DNA of 24,565 nucleotides from a virus (lineage: Duplodnaviria > Caudoviricetes), in the IMG/VR virus record IMGVR_UViG_3300042350_000451, positions 1-24,565 of that record; one strand, 5' to 3'. The position numbers and the translations under genes were made by a program. Below the pieces are notes generated by a model, which did not search any database, had not been told where the DNA came from, and saw nothing but the letters and a program-made list of their open reading frames with translations. Below are positions 8,174 through 17,236 of the stretch, in pieces. Every line of letters starts with the position of its first letter. The first letter of the stretch is position 1.

Positions 8174-9078
8174 TGACTACTAATTTTTACTTTAATAATT
8201 TTCCAAACAGATTAGGAGGCAACAGTGTTGTCACTCCTGAACAGTTATTGGTTGAAAATCTTGTTATTGAAGCACTCAAGATTTATGGTCTTGATGTTTA
8301 TTATTTGCCACGCACAACACGTGATCAAGTAGATTATCTGTTTGGTGAAGATGTTCTGAAAGAATATCGCACAGCACATCCAATTGAAATGTATCTAGAA
8401 AATGTAACAGGCTTTGATGGTGAACAAGACTTTATATCTAAGTTTGGTTTAGAAATTCGTGATGAAGCAACTCTGCTTGTTTCAAGGCTGAGATTTAGAT
8501 ATGCGGTTAATGGTTACACAAGACCCCGTGAAGGTGATTTAATTTTTATACCAATGACCACAAGTTTCTTTGAGATTACGAGTGTTGAATCTGAGAACGA
8601 TCAAGCAATGTTTTACACATTAGGTCGTGGTCGTGGTGGTAATGTATATGTTTATGCTTTGAAAATGAAACAGTTTTATTTTTCAAATGAAATTATTGAA
8701 ACTGGTATTGATGAGATTGATGGTAACATTCGTAATTACTATCCAAAACTACGTATCTCATTAGGTTCTGGTTCAGGTAAATTTCTCAATGATGAGATTG
8801 TGTATCAAGGGTCAAATCTATCATCGGCTACAGCACAAGCACTTGTTCATGACTTTGAGCCGAATGCTTATATTGATGTGTATCGTATGCAAGGTGATTT
8901 TACAACATCAGCAAATGTAATAGGCAATACAAGTTCAGCGCAGTGGACAGTTACACTTGCGTCTGATGCTGCTGTACAAAACACAGCATTTGAGGACATT
9001 ATTGACAATGCTCGTATTGAAGCAGCCAGTGATGGTATCATTGACTTTACGGAAGTCAATCCGTTTGGAGAACCGTAA
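8173..9078 (+). CDS. gp14: Neck protein gp14
   Basis: EQLLVENLVIEALKIYGLDVYYLPR, SKFGLEIRDE, RPREGDLIF and C-terminal DFTEVNPFG motifs; TAATG coupling to gp13. Confidence 0.92.
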   Translation: MTTNFYFNNFPNRLGGNSVVTPEQLLVENLVIEALKIYGLDVYYLPRTTRDQVDYLFGEDVLKEYRTAHPIEMYLENVTGFDGEQDFISKFGLEIRDEATLLVSRLRFRYAVNGYTRPREGDLIFIPMTTSFFEITSVESENDQAMFYTLGRGRGGNVYVYALKMKQFYFSNEIIETGIDEIDGNIRNYYPKLRISLGSGSGKFLNDEIVYQGSNLSSATAQALVHDFEPNAYIDVYRMQGDFTTSANVIGNTSSAQWTVTLASDAAVQNTAFEDIIDNARIEAASDGIIDFTEVNPFGEP

Positions 9079-10076
9079 TGTTAGGTAATGCACAATTTTA
9101 TCATCGCACCATTCGTAAGATGGTTGTTGTGTTTGGCACAATGTTCAATGACCTTGAAATTGTTCGCTACACACAATCTGGTAGTCCAAAAGAAAAACTT
9201 AAAGTGCCTTTGTCATATGGTCCTAAAGAAAGATATTTGACACAGATTACTTCTGATCCAAATTTGATCAAGTCAATTAATTCTGTGATACCAAGAATGT
9301 CTTTTAATCTTGATAGTCTTGAGTATGATTCAAGTCGTAAACAGATTTCTACATTACAGAATTTTGCCGCCGTTACAAACACTGGGGTTAGCACACAATA
9401 TCTACCTGTGCCATATAACTTTGAATTTAGTTTGTCGATTTATGTTCGCAACACAGAAGATGGTACACAAATACTAGAACAAATCCTACCATTCTTTACA
9501 CCAGACTTTAGTGTAGTAGTAGATTTTATTCCTCAAATGGGTCAGAAATATACTGTGCCTATCATACTCAATTCTGTTGCATCTACAGTTGAATATGAGG
9601 GTGCTATGGGTGACGGTACAACAAGAATCATTATTTGGGATTTGACGTTTACTGCCAAAAGCTTTATTTGGCCACCAGTCAAATCTGGCAAAATTATCAA
9701 TTCTGCTAATACCAATATCAACATTGACCTTACTTCAAAAGAAATTCAGAAAGTTTATGTTGACTATGCGAATGGTAATAATGTATTCACTACTGGTGAA
9801 ACGATTCGTGACAGCGCCAATGGGTTCTTTGGCACAGTAGAATACTTCAGCAACACCGCACTTGGCACTTTAGTGATCACTGGTGGTAATGATTACATTA
9901 AACCTGGATATACACTCACAGGTGATTATTCTGGTGCAAAATATAATGTCTCTACATTAGACACAACTTCGATTAATGCTGCTGCGGTAATTGTTGAGCC
10001 CAATCCAACAACAGCCGCACCACCTGCTGATTTTGGATTTATTGAAACGATCAAAGAATGGCCCGACACATTATGA
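9078..10076 (+). CDS. gp15: Tail sheath stabilizer / tail terminator gp15
   Basis: FYHRTIRKMVVVFGTMFN, KVPLSYGPKE, PRMSF, PVPYN and QILEQILPFFTP motifs. Confidence 0.92.
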   Translation: MLGNAQFYHRTIRKMVVVFGTMFNDLEIVRYTQSGSPKEKLKVPLSYGPKERYLTQITSDPNLIKSINSVIPRMSFNLDSLEYDSSRKQISTLQNFAAVTNTGVSTQYLPVPYNFEFSLSIYVRNTEDGTQILEQILPFFTPDFSVVVDFIPQMGQKYTVPIILNSVASTVEYEGAMGDGTTRIIIWDLTFTAKSFIWPPVKSGKIINSANTNINIDLTSKEIQKVYVDYANGNNVFTTGETIRDSANGFFGTVEYFSNTALGTLVITGGNDYIKPGYTLTGDYSGAKYNVSTLDTTSINAAAVIVEPNPTTAAPPADFGFIETIKEWPDTL

Positions 10077-10474
10077 AAAAACTGAATAAAAATTTATCTG
10101 AAATCTTTGATGTAGAACCTATCGAAGAAAAAAGAATAGAGGCATTACCTGTTGTCGTAGATGATAGCGCCAATCAAATTGATGCTGATGCTGAATTTGC
10201 TCGTACCAATATGCGTTCATTGATTGATAATGGTAACAAAGCATTAACTGAATTGGCATCAGTTGCCAATCAATCAGAGTCACCAAGAGCATACGAAGTC
10301 TTAGCCACAATGATGAAAAATCTGGCTGAGATGAATAAAGATTTACTAGAGTTACAAAAAAGAAAGAAAGAGCTTGCACCTCAGTCTGAGTCTAGTAAAG
10401 GAGTCAACATAGATAAAGCAGTCTTTGTTGGCTCCACCAACGAATTACTTAAAATGATTAAAGGAAATAAATAA
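10073..10474 (+). CDS. gp16: Terminase small subunit gp16
   Basis: SESPRAYEV and AVFVGSTNELLKM motifs. The likely start is ATG 10073, which overlaps the gp15 stop (ATGA), rather than 10058. Confidence 0.9.
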   Translation: MKKLNKNLSEIFDVEPIEEKRIEALPVVVDDSANQIDADAEFARTNMRSLIDNGNKALTELASVANQSESPRAYEVLATMMKNLAEMNKDLLELQKRKKELAPQSESSKGVNIDKAVFVGSTNELLKMIKGNK

Positions 10475-10478
10475 AATT

Positions 10479-10913
10479 ATGGAACAACTAATCGAACAAA
10501 TGAAAGTTATCTTGGGTACAAATTTTGCTTTGTACTTTAAGGCACATACTTTTCATTGGAATGTAGAGGGTCCAGACTTTGCTCAATATCACGGTTTCTT
10601 AGGAGACTTTTACGAAGCAGTGTTTGACCAAACCGATTCAATTGCTGAACATATCCGTGCGTTGAATTCGTATGCGCCAACAACTCTTGGTAGAATGAGT
10701 GAACTGTCAAAGATTACTTTTAACGTAGCGATACCTGCGCCAATCGTAATGATGTCAGAACTTGCTGCGGATAACGACAAATTTATTATGGAACTTCGTA
10801 CTGGTATTGCTGTTGCTGATGCCGCCGATGAACCTGCGGTAGGTAATTTCTTACAAGATATTTTAGATGCTCATCAAAAACATGGTTGGATGCTGAAGAG
10901 TTTTACACGCTAA
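10479..10913 (+). CDS. dps: Dps-family mini-ferritin (DNA-binding protein from starved cells)
   Basis: FHWNVEGPDFAQYH...DSIAE signature. H26, H38, D53 and E57 have the same spacing as the E. coli Dps ferroxidase residues H51/H63/D78/E82. C-terminal KHGWML. Confidence 0.9.
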   Translation: MEQLIEQMKVILGTNFALYFKAHTFHWNVEGPDFAQYHGFLGDFYEAVFDQTDSIAEHIRALNSYAPTTLGRMSELSKITFNVAIPAPIVMMSELAADNDKFIMELRTGIAVADAADEPAVGNFLQDILDAHQKHGWMLKSFTR

Positions 10914-10916
10914 ATT

Positions 10917-12548
10917 ATGGATGACGGATACCTTGGTAATGCCCGACTTAAACGAGTCGGTGTTGAAATATCCTACACAGAAGAGCAACTAAAAGAAATT
11001 GTAAAATGCACCGAAGATCCGGTGTACTTTATTCGTACCTACGTTAAAATTGTCAACGTAGATAAAGGTCTTGTTCCTTTTGAGATGTGGCCGTTTCAAG
11101 AAGAAATGGTCACTCAATTTCACAACAATCGTTTTGTCATTGCAAAAATGCCACGACAGGTCGGTAAGACAACTACCACTGTCGGTTATATGCTTTGGTC
11201 TGCCTTGTTTAATGAAGAATTTGTAATTGGTATTCTTGCCAACAAACTTCAACTTGCACAAGACATTCTTGCCAAGATACAGAAAGCATATGAGTATCTA
11301 CCCATGTGGCTTCAGCAAGGTATTATCAACTGGAACAAACGTTCGATTGAATTAGAGAACGGCTCAAAGATTTATGCGTATGCAACGTCGGCAGCAGGTG
11401 TTCGTGGTGGTTCGTATAATCTGATCTTCCTTGATGAATTTGCTTTCGTGCCACACAACATGGCGGTAGACTTTTTTACTTCTACTTACCCTGTTATTTC
11501 TTCTGGTAAAACATCTAAAGTAATTATTGTTTCTACACCGAACGGCTTAAATCTATTCTACAAGATGTGGATGGATGCAATTGAAAATCGTTCACTGTAC
11601 AAGACACTTGAGATTCACTGGTCGATGGTGCCGGGTCGTGATGAAAAGTGGAAAGAAGAAACGATACGAAACACTTCTGAAGAACAGTTCCGTCAAGAAT
11701 TTGAGACAGAGTTTATTGGTTCTTCAGCGACACTGATTTCTGGTGCTAAGTTACGTTCACTAGCATTTCATGATCCAATGCGAATTGAAGATGATGGAAA
11801 TCTGTTTGTATATGAAGACCCCAGACCAGGTAGACTATACATTGCTACCGTAGACTGTGCTGAAGGTGTTGGATTAGATTATCACACAATCAATATTTTA
11901 GATGCCACAGAAGCACCTTACAAACAAGTTGCAAGATACCGAAATAATAAGCTGCCCCTATTGTTTTTACCTACAGTCATCTATGCTTTAGCAAATCGTT
12001 ACAATCAAGCATACGTTCTGATTGAGACAAACAATGTAGGACAACAAGTAGTAGATATTTTACACTACGATCTAGAGTATGAGAACATCTATAAGCTAGA
12101 GCATCATCACATTAAGGGACAGAGCATCTCTGCTGGCTTCAAACGTTCAGTGTCTTTTGGTGTAAAAACGACCAAATCAGTTAAGAAAATTGGCTGTGCT
12201 AATCTCAAGACATTGATCGAAAACGACAAACTGATCATCAATGATTTTGACACAATTGCTGAACTGAATACCTTCGTTCGAACAAGAGACACATATGCTG
12301 CCGAAGAGGGTAATAATGACGATATTGTGATGGGTTTAGTGCTTTATGCATGGCTGACAGCACAGACTTTCTTCAAAGATGAGACAAGAATTGACATCCG
12401 TAAGATTATGTTGGAAGAGCAAAACCTGTTGGGAGAAGAAAGTATGCTACCGTTTGGCTTCATTGAAGACGGGCTGCGTAGAGAGATGGAAGTGGAAGAT
12501 GGTGATATGTGGGAGCCGCCAGCTGGTTATTTATCATCAAGTTTGTAA
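10917..12548 (+). CDS. gp17: Terminase large subunit gp17
   Basis: YLGNARLK N-terminus, Walker A PRQVGKTTT, Walker B LIFLDEFAF, IIVSTPNG, and nuclease-domain TVDCAEG and NDDIVM motifs. Confidence 0.96.
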   Translation: MDDGYLGNARLKRVGVEISYTEEQLKEIVKCTEDPVYFIRTYVKIVNVDKGLVPFEMWPFQEEMVTQFHNNRFVIAKMPRQVGKTTTTVGYMLWSALFNEEFVIGILANKLQLAQDILAKIQKAYEYLPMWLQQGIINWNKRSIELENGSKIYAYATSAAGVRGGSYNLIFLDEFAFVPHNMAVDFFTSTYPVISSGKTSKVIIVSTPNGLNLFYKMWMDAIENRSLYKTLEIHWSMVPGRDEKWKEETIRNTSEEQFRQEFETEFIGSSATLISGAKLRSLAFHDPMRIEDDGNLFVYEDPRPGRLYIATVDCAEGVGLDYHTINILDATEAPYKQVARYRNNKLPLLFLPTVIYALANRYNQAYVLIETNNVGQQVVDILHYDLEYENIYKLEHHHIKGQSISAGFKRSVSFGVKTTKSVKKIGCANLKTLIENDKLIINDFDTIAELNTFVRTRDTYAAEEGNNDDIVMGLVLYAWLTAQTFFKDETRIDIRKIMLEEQNLLGEESMLPFGFIEDGLRREMEVEDGDMWEPPAGYLSSSL

Positions 12549-12551
12549 AAA

Positions 12552-12559
12552 ACTAAATA
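12552..12559 (+). promoter_or_regulatory. Putative late promoter (ACTAAATA) for gp18
   Basis: Lies in the gp17-gp18 intergenic gap, followed by an AAGGAG RBS. Confidence 0.65.
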
Positions 12560-12603
12560 GACAATAAAAAGAATATTGACCCAACAATAAAAGGAGAAAT
12601 CCA

Positions 12604-14295
12604 ATGGCATTTCAATTATCACCTGGAGTGAATGTATCAGAGGTTGATCTGACTACAGTTATTCCTTCAGTTGCCACTTCTACTGGCGCTTTTGTAGGAC
12701 CTTTTAATTGGGGACCAATTGGTGTTGTAACAACTATTTCCGATGAAGTTCGTCTAGTGAACACATTCGGTAAACCAGATAGCGATAATTATGAGTATTG
12801 GTTCTCTGCTGCGAACTTTCTAGCATATGGAAATAACTTAAAGATTGTTCGTACTCAAGGTTCTGGCGCTCTAAACGCCACGGCAAATGGTACAGGCGTA
12901 CTGATCAAAAACGAAGACGATTATGTTGACAATCACAAAGGCTATGCAGACGGTGCATATGGCGCTACAGGTGGTTGGGCAGCACGTTTTGCTGGCTCAC
13001 TAGGCAACAGCATTCTTGTTTCGATGGCTGACGCTAATACATGGAATGTATGGCCATACAGAACACAATTTAGCGCAACTCCAAACACATCTTCTTATGT
13101 TGCTAGCCGTGGTGGTGCTAATGACGAAGTTCATATTGTAGTTGTTGACGAAGATGGTTTGTGGACAGGTGCAGCCGGTACAGTTCTAGAAAAATATGCA
13201 TTTGTTTCTAAAGCTTCTGATGCAAAAGACGATAGCGGCAACTCAAACTACTACAAAGATGTTATTCAGAATAAGTCACAGTATATTTGGTCACTGTCAC
13301 ATCCAACAAATCTAGGTGTAGGTACAGCTTGGGGTTCTGCGGCAAACACTAGCGCATTCAAACTTCTATCAAGCAACTCATCAAACTCACTGTCTGCTGG
13401 TGCTATTGGCACAAGTGGCACAGCAAATGTTACATCAGGATGGGATGAATTCAAGAATGCAGAATCAGTTGATATTTCTCTGCTAGTAACTGGAACAGGT
13501 AACAGCACAGTTGCATCATATGTTATCAGCAACATTGCAGAGACACGTAAAGACTGTGTAGCATTTATTTCACCCGAAAAAGCAGACTGCGTTGACAATG
13601 CAGGTAATGAAGTTACCGATATTACAGCATTCCGTAATGGTCTAACATCATCTTCATACGCTGTAGTAGATTCTGGCTACAAATATCAGTACGATAAGTA
13701 TTCAGACACATATCGCTGGATTCCACTGAACGGAGACATTGCTGGTCTATGTGTTCGTACAGATAACGAACGTGACCCTTGGTTCTCACCAGGTGGCTTT
13801 AATCGTGGACAAATCAAGAACGTAATTAAGCTTGCATGGAATCCAACAAAAACAAACCGTGATGATCTGTATCAAATCGGCGTCAATCCTGTTGTAAGTT
13901 TCCCAGGTGAAGGCACAGTTCTTTATGGTGATAAAACTATGTTGAGCAAGCCAAGCGCATTTGATCGTATCAATGTTCGCCGTTTGTTCATCACACTTGA
14001 GAAAGCAATCTCACGTGCAGCACGTTTCTCTCTGTTCGAATTCAACGATCAGTTCACACGTGCCCAGTTTGTTGCTCTAGTTGAACCATTCCTGCGTGAT
14101 GTTCAAGGTCGTCGTGGTATCACAGACTTCCGTGTAGTTTGCGACGATACAAACAATACAGCGGAAATTATTGACCGTAATGAATTTGTTGGTGACATTT
14201 ACATTAAACCTGCTCGTTCTATCAACTTCATTCAACTTAACTTTGTTGCTGTACGCACAGGTGTAAGTTTCAATGAAGTCGTAGGGGCAGCCTAA
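12604..14295 (+). CDS. gp18: Tail sheath protein gp18
   Basis: LSPGVNVSEVDLT, FNWGP, PWFSPGGFNRG, AFDRINVRRLF and IKPARSINFIQLNF motifs. Confidence 0.96.
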   Translation: MAFQLSPGVNVSEVDLTTVIPSVATSTGAFVGPFNWGPIGVVTTISDEVRLVNTFGKPDSDNYEYWFSAANFLAYGNNLKIVRTQGSGALNATANGTGVLIKNEDDYVDNHKGYADGAYGATGGWAARFAGSLGNSILVSMADANTWNVWPYRTQFSATPNTSSYVASRGGANDEVHIVVVDEDGLWTGAAGTVLEKYAFVSKASDAKDDSGNSNYYKDVIQNKSQYIWSLSHPTNLGVGTAWGSAANTSAFKLLSSNSSNSLSAGAIGTSGTANVTSGWDEFKNAESVDISLLVTGTGNSTVASYVISNIAETRKDCVAFISPEKADCVDNAGNEVTDITAFRNGLTSSSYAVVDSGYKYQYDKYSDTYRWIPLNGDIAGLCVRTDNERDPWFSPGGFNRGQIKNVIKLAWNPTKTNRDDLYQIGVNPVVSFPGEGTVLYGDKTMLSKPSAFDRINVRRLFITLEKAISRAARFSLFEFNDQFTRAQFVALVEPFLRDVQGRRGITDFRVVCDDTNNTAEIIDRNEFVGDIYIKPARSINFIQLNFVAVRTGVSFNEVVGAA

Positions 14296-14298
14296 ATA
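14291..14298 (+). promoter_or_regulatory. Possible late promoter (CCTAAATA) for gp19
   Basis: Overlaps the gp18 stop codon; an AGGAG RBS lies downstream. Confidence 0.5.
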
Positions 14299-14321
14299 AA
14301 AGAGAAACAGGAGAATAATAA

Positions 14322-14867
14322 ATGGCATTTAACGTAAATCAGTTCCGTTCACAACTAACAGGTGACGGTGCCCGCCCAAATCTATTTGAGGTAAGTATGC
14401 CGTTTCCTGCGTTCTCACTACCAGGAAACGCACAAACAAAAATGACGTTCATGTGTAAGACAGCACAACTTCCAGGGGCAACTCTGGGTGTTGTGCCAGT
14501 TCAATACTTTGGCCGTGAATTAAAGTTTGTGGGCAATCGCACGTTTGCTGACTGGACAGTAACAATTATCAACGACGAAGATTTTATTGTGCGTAATGCA
14601 TTTGAGCGTTGGATGAATGGCATCAATAGTCATAATCTAAACGTTCGTAATCCAGCCGCTGGTACACCACTAGGTTACACAACTGATGGTGAAGTTACAC
14701 AGTTTGGTAAAGCGGGTAACTCAATTAAGAAATATAAATTTGTTGGAATGTTCCCATCAGACATCACACCAATTGATGTTGATTGGGGATCAAATGATAC
14801 GATTGAAGAGTTTTCTGTAACACTTACCTACCAGTGGTGGGAAGCAGTTGCAGATGGTGTGGTCTAA
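14322..14867 (+). CDS. gp19: Tail tube protein gp19
   Basis: GARPNLFEV, GRELKFVGNRTFADWTVTIINDEDF and IEEFSVTLTYQWW motifs. Confidence 0.95.
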   Translation: MAFNVNQFRSQLTGDGARPNLFEVSMPFPAFSLPGNAQTKMTFMCKTAQLPGATLGVVPVQYFGRELKFVGNRTFADWTVTIINDEDFIVRNAFERWMNGINSHNLNVRNPAAGTPLGYTTDGEVTQFGKAGNSIKKYKFVGMFPSDITPIDVDWGSNDTIEEFSVTLTYQWWEAVADGVV

Positions 14868-14868
14868 G

Positions 14869-14891
14869 AGTAGGGCTTTTGCCCTACTTTT
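14869..14891 (+). terminator. Rho-independent terminator after gp19
   Basis: AGTAGGGC-TTTT-GCCCTACT followed by TTT. Confidence 0.8.
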
Positions 14892-14910
14892 ATTACAGGA
14901 TGATAATTTA

Positions 14911-15555
14911 ATGGCGTTATACCTTCTTGTCAAAGAACATGCTGACACAGGTTTAAAATACTTGTGTAAGCATGTTGCTTCTTCTTTTTCCGAATGTGAA
15001 AAATATAAAGGTTCTGGCATTTATTGGAAAAGACATATAAAACAACATGGTAACAATGTAAAAACTATCTGCCTGTTTGTCACTGAAGACGAAAAAGAGT
15101 TTCGTCAAGTTGCTAAAAAATATTCTTTAAAGTTCAATGTGATTGAATCTAAAGAGTGGGCTAATCTTTGTAATGAAGAGGGCCAAGGCGGCAACACCGT
15201 TGTTGATAAAAAAGAACACGGTAAAAAAACTAAAATTAAACTACATCATCCAGATGTTAGAGAAAAACATCTTGCACATTTGAAAGAACACGTAAAAATT
15301 ACTCAACCATTAGCAGCAAAAGCAGCAAAAGAAAAACTTACTGGCGTTTCAAAAACTGAACGGCATAAAGAAAATATGCGTGGTAAAAGACCCCATGTTA
15401 TTCAGTCGGGTAGTAAAAATAATAATGCTAAAAGCATTCAAACTCCTTACGGAATATTTGGTAGCATACGTGAAGCATCACAACAAATTGAAGGACATAC
15501 ATACAAAATGATTTGGGATAGACTACAAAATGATAATTCGTGGGGGTATATCTAA
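14911..15555 (+). mobile_element. Free-standing GIY-YIG (Seg-like) homing endonuclease gene
   Basis: Likely start is ATG 14911 (CAGGA upstream). N-terminal LYLLVKEHADTGLKYLCK...YKGSGIYWKRHIKQHG...WANLCNEEGQGG resembles a GIY-YIG nuclease domain. It also has a NUMOD3-like KLTGVSKTERHKENMRG and a C-terminal TPYGIFGSIREAS helix-turn-helix-type motif. It is Lys-rich and interrupts the conserved gp19-gp20 adjacency. Confidence 0.78.
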
Positions 15556-17225
15556 TGGCACTACGCCTGTTCGGCTTTACTATAGGCTCAAAGGATGTCG
15601 TCAAGGTTGAAAAACCAGAGCAGGCATCCTTTGCTTTGCCTTCTGCTACCGTAGATGATGGTGCGGTTACCGTTACGCAAAATGCGTACTATGGTACCTA
15701 TGTTGATCTCGAAGGTTCTGTTCGTAACGAAATAGAACTTATCACACGATATCGTGAGATGTCGAATCATCCAGAATGTCAAATGGCAATTGATGAAATC
15801 GCCAATGAAGCCATTACACATGATGATCAAGGCAAAGTAGTTGATATTGTTCTTGATAATCTGAAACAACCAGAAACGATCAAGAAAAAAATTATTGAAG
15901 AGTTCAACAATGTATTAAAGATGTTGAACTTTAGTAATTTGGCTGATGATGTTTTTAAACGTTGGTATATTGATGGTCGTGTTTTTTATCACATCGTAGT
16001 CAACGACAAGAATCCTAAAGAAGGTATTCAAGAACTTAGATACATTGATCCACGCAAGATTCGTAAAGTGCGTGAGATTAAAAAAGATCGTGATCCAAAA
16101 ACCGGAGCAATGGTTGTAGTATCGGTTGCTGAATACTATGTCTACAATGATCGTGGTACCACGACACAGACATTTACATCAAACGTAGGTCAAGGTATTC
16201 GTATTGCACCAGACGCTATCATCAATGTGAACTCTGGTCTGATGGATGCCAAGAATACGTTTGTTATTTCGTATCTACACAAAGCAATCAAGCCACTTAA
16301 TCAGTTGCGTATGATTGAAGATGCGATTGTTATTTACCGTATTAGCCGTGCGCCAGAACGCCGTATTTTCTATATTGACGTTGGTAACTTGCCACGTGGT
16401 AAAGCAGAACAATATCTGCGTGACATCATGATCAAGTACCGTAACAAGTTGGTGTATGATGCCAACACAGGTGAGATCCGTGATGAACGTAAGCATATGT
16501 CAATGCTTGAAGACTTCTGGCTGCCCCGCCGTGAAGGTGGTAAAGGCACAGAGATTACCACACTACCTGCAGGTCAAAATTTAGGTGAACTAGAAGACGT
16601 AAAATATTTCCAAAAGAAACTTTTGCAGTCTCTCAATGTACCATATTCACGCCTTGAATCACAAGAAGGTGGGCTTGCAGGACTTGGTCGTTCACAAGAA
16701 GTAACACGTGATGAATTAAAATTTGCCAAGTTTGTTGTGCGCCTGCGTAATAAGTTCTCACAAATCTTTGATGAAGCATTGAAAGTACAATTGGTACTTA
16801 AAGGTATCTGTACACGTGAGGAGTGGGAATCATTTAAGGAAGATGTTTACTACGACTTCCGTAAAGACAATAACTTTACCGAACTGCGTGAAGCAGAACT
16901 GCTACAAAACAGATTGCAAATGGTAAGTCTGGTTGATCCATTTGTTGGTCGTTACTTCTCTAACAATTATGTTATGAACAAAGTTCTCATGATGACGGAT
17001 GAAGAAATTGAAGCAATGAAAGAAGAAATACAAAAAGAAAAAGACACATTACCCGATGATATGCAAGGCCCTGTCTTAGGCGGGCCACCACAAGGTGCGA
17101 CACCACAAGCAGAACCGGAAGACAATACAGTTGAAAACACCGAAGAAACAGAAGAGTCATTGACACCCGGTCTTGACGATGAGGTAAACAAGTCAGTTGT
17201 CAATATAAATAACAGACGCAGATAA
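15555..17225 (+). CDS. gp20: Portal vertex protein gp20
   Basis: LRLFGFTI, WYIDGR, YLHKAIKPLNQLRMIEDAIVIYRISRAPERRIFYIDVGNLP and EDFWLPRREGGKGTEI motifs. The start at 15555 overlaps the upstream stop (TAATG). Confidence 0.96.
   Translation: MALRLFGFTIGSKDVVKVEKPEQASFALPSATVDDGAVTVTQNAYYGTYVDLEGSVRNEIELITRYREMSNHPECQMAIDEIANEAITHDDQGKVVDIVLDNLKQPETIKKKIIEEFNNVLKMLNFSNLADDVFKRWYIDGRVFYHIVVNDKNPKEGIQELRYIDPRKIRKVREIKKDRDPKTGAMVVVSVAEYYVYNDRGTTTQTFTSNVGQGIRIAPDAIINVNSGLMDAKNTFVISYLHKAIKPLNQLRMIEDAIVIYRISRAPERRIFYIDVGNLPRGKAEQYLRDIMIKYRNKLVYDANTGEIRDERKHMSMLEDFWLPRREGGKGTEITTLPAGQNLGELEDVKYFQKKLLQSLNVPYSRLESQEGGLAGLGRSQEVTRDELKFAKFVVRLRNKFSQIFDEALKVQLVLKGICTREEWESFKEDVYYDFRKDNNFTELREAELLQNRLQMVSLVDPFVGRYFSNNYVMNKVLMMTDEEIEAMKEEIQKEKDTLPDDMQGPVLGGPPQGATPQAEPEDNTVENTEETEESLTPGLDDEVNKSVVNINNRRR
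17204..17211 (+). promoter_or_regulatory. T4-type late promoter TATAAATA inside the 3' end of gp20
   Basis: Perfect consensus about 25 nt upstream of the next ATG. Confidence 0.7.
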
Positions 17226-17236
17226 GGAAGGTTATT

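Noticed and set aside
14848-14910. N-terminal extension of the endonuclease ORF from 14848
   Set aside because: It overlaps the gp19 end and the terminator hairpin; ATG 14911 has an RBS and begins the nuclease motif.
14868-15555. Endonuclease as part of a group I intron
   Set aside because: gp19 and gp20 are each complete, and the flanks are too short (about 40 bp and 0 bp) to hold a ribozyme core.
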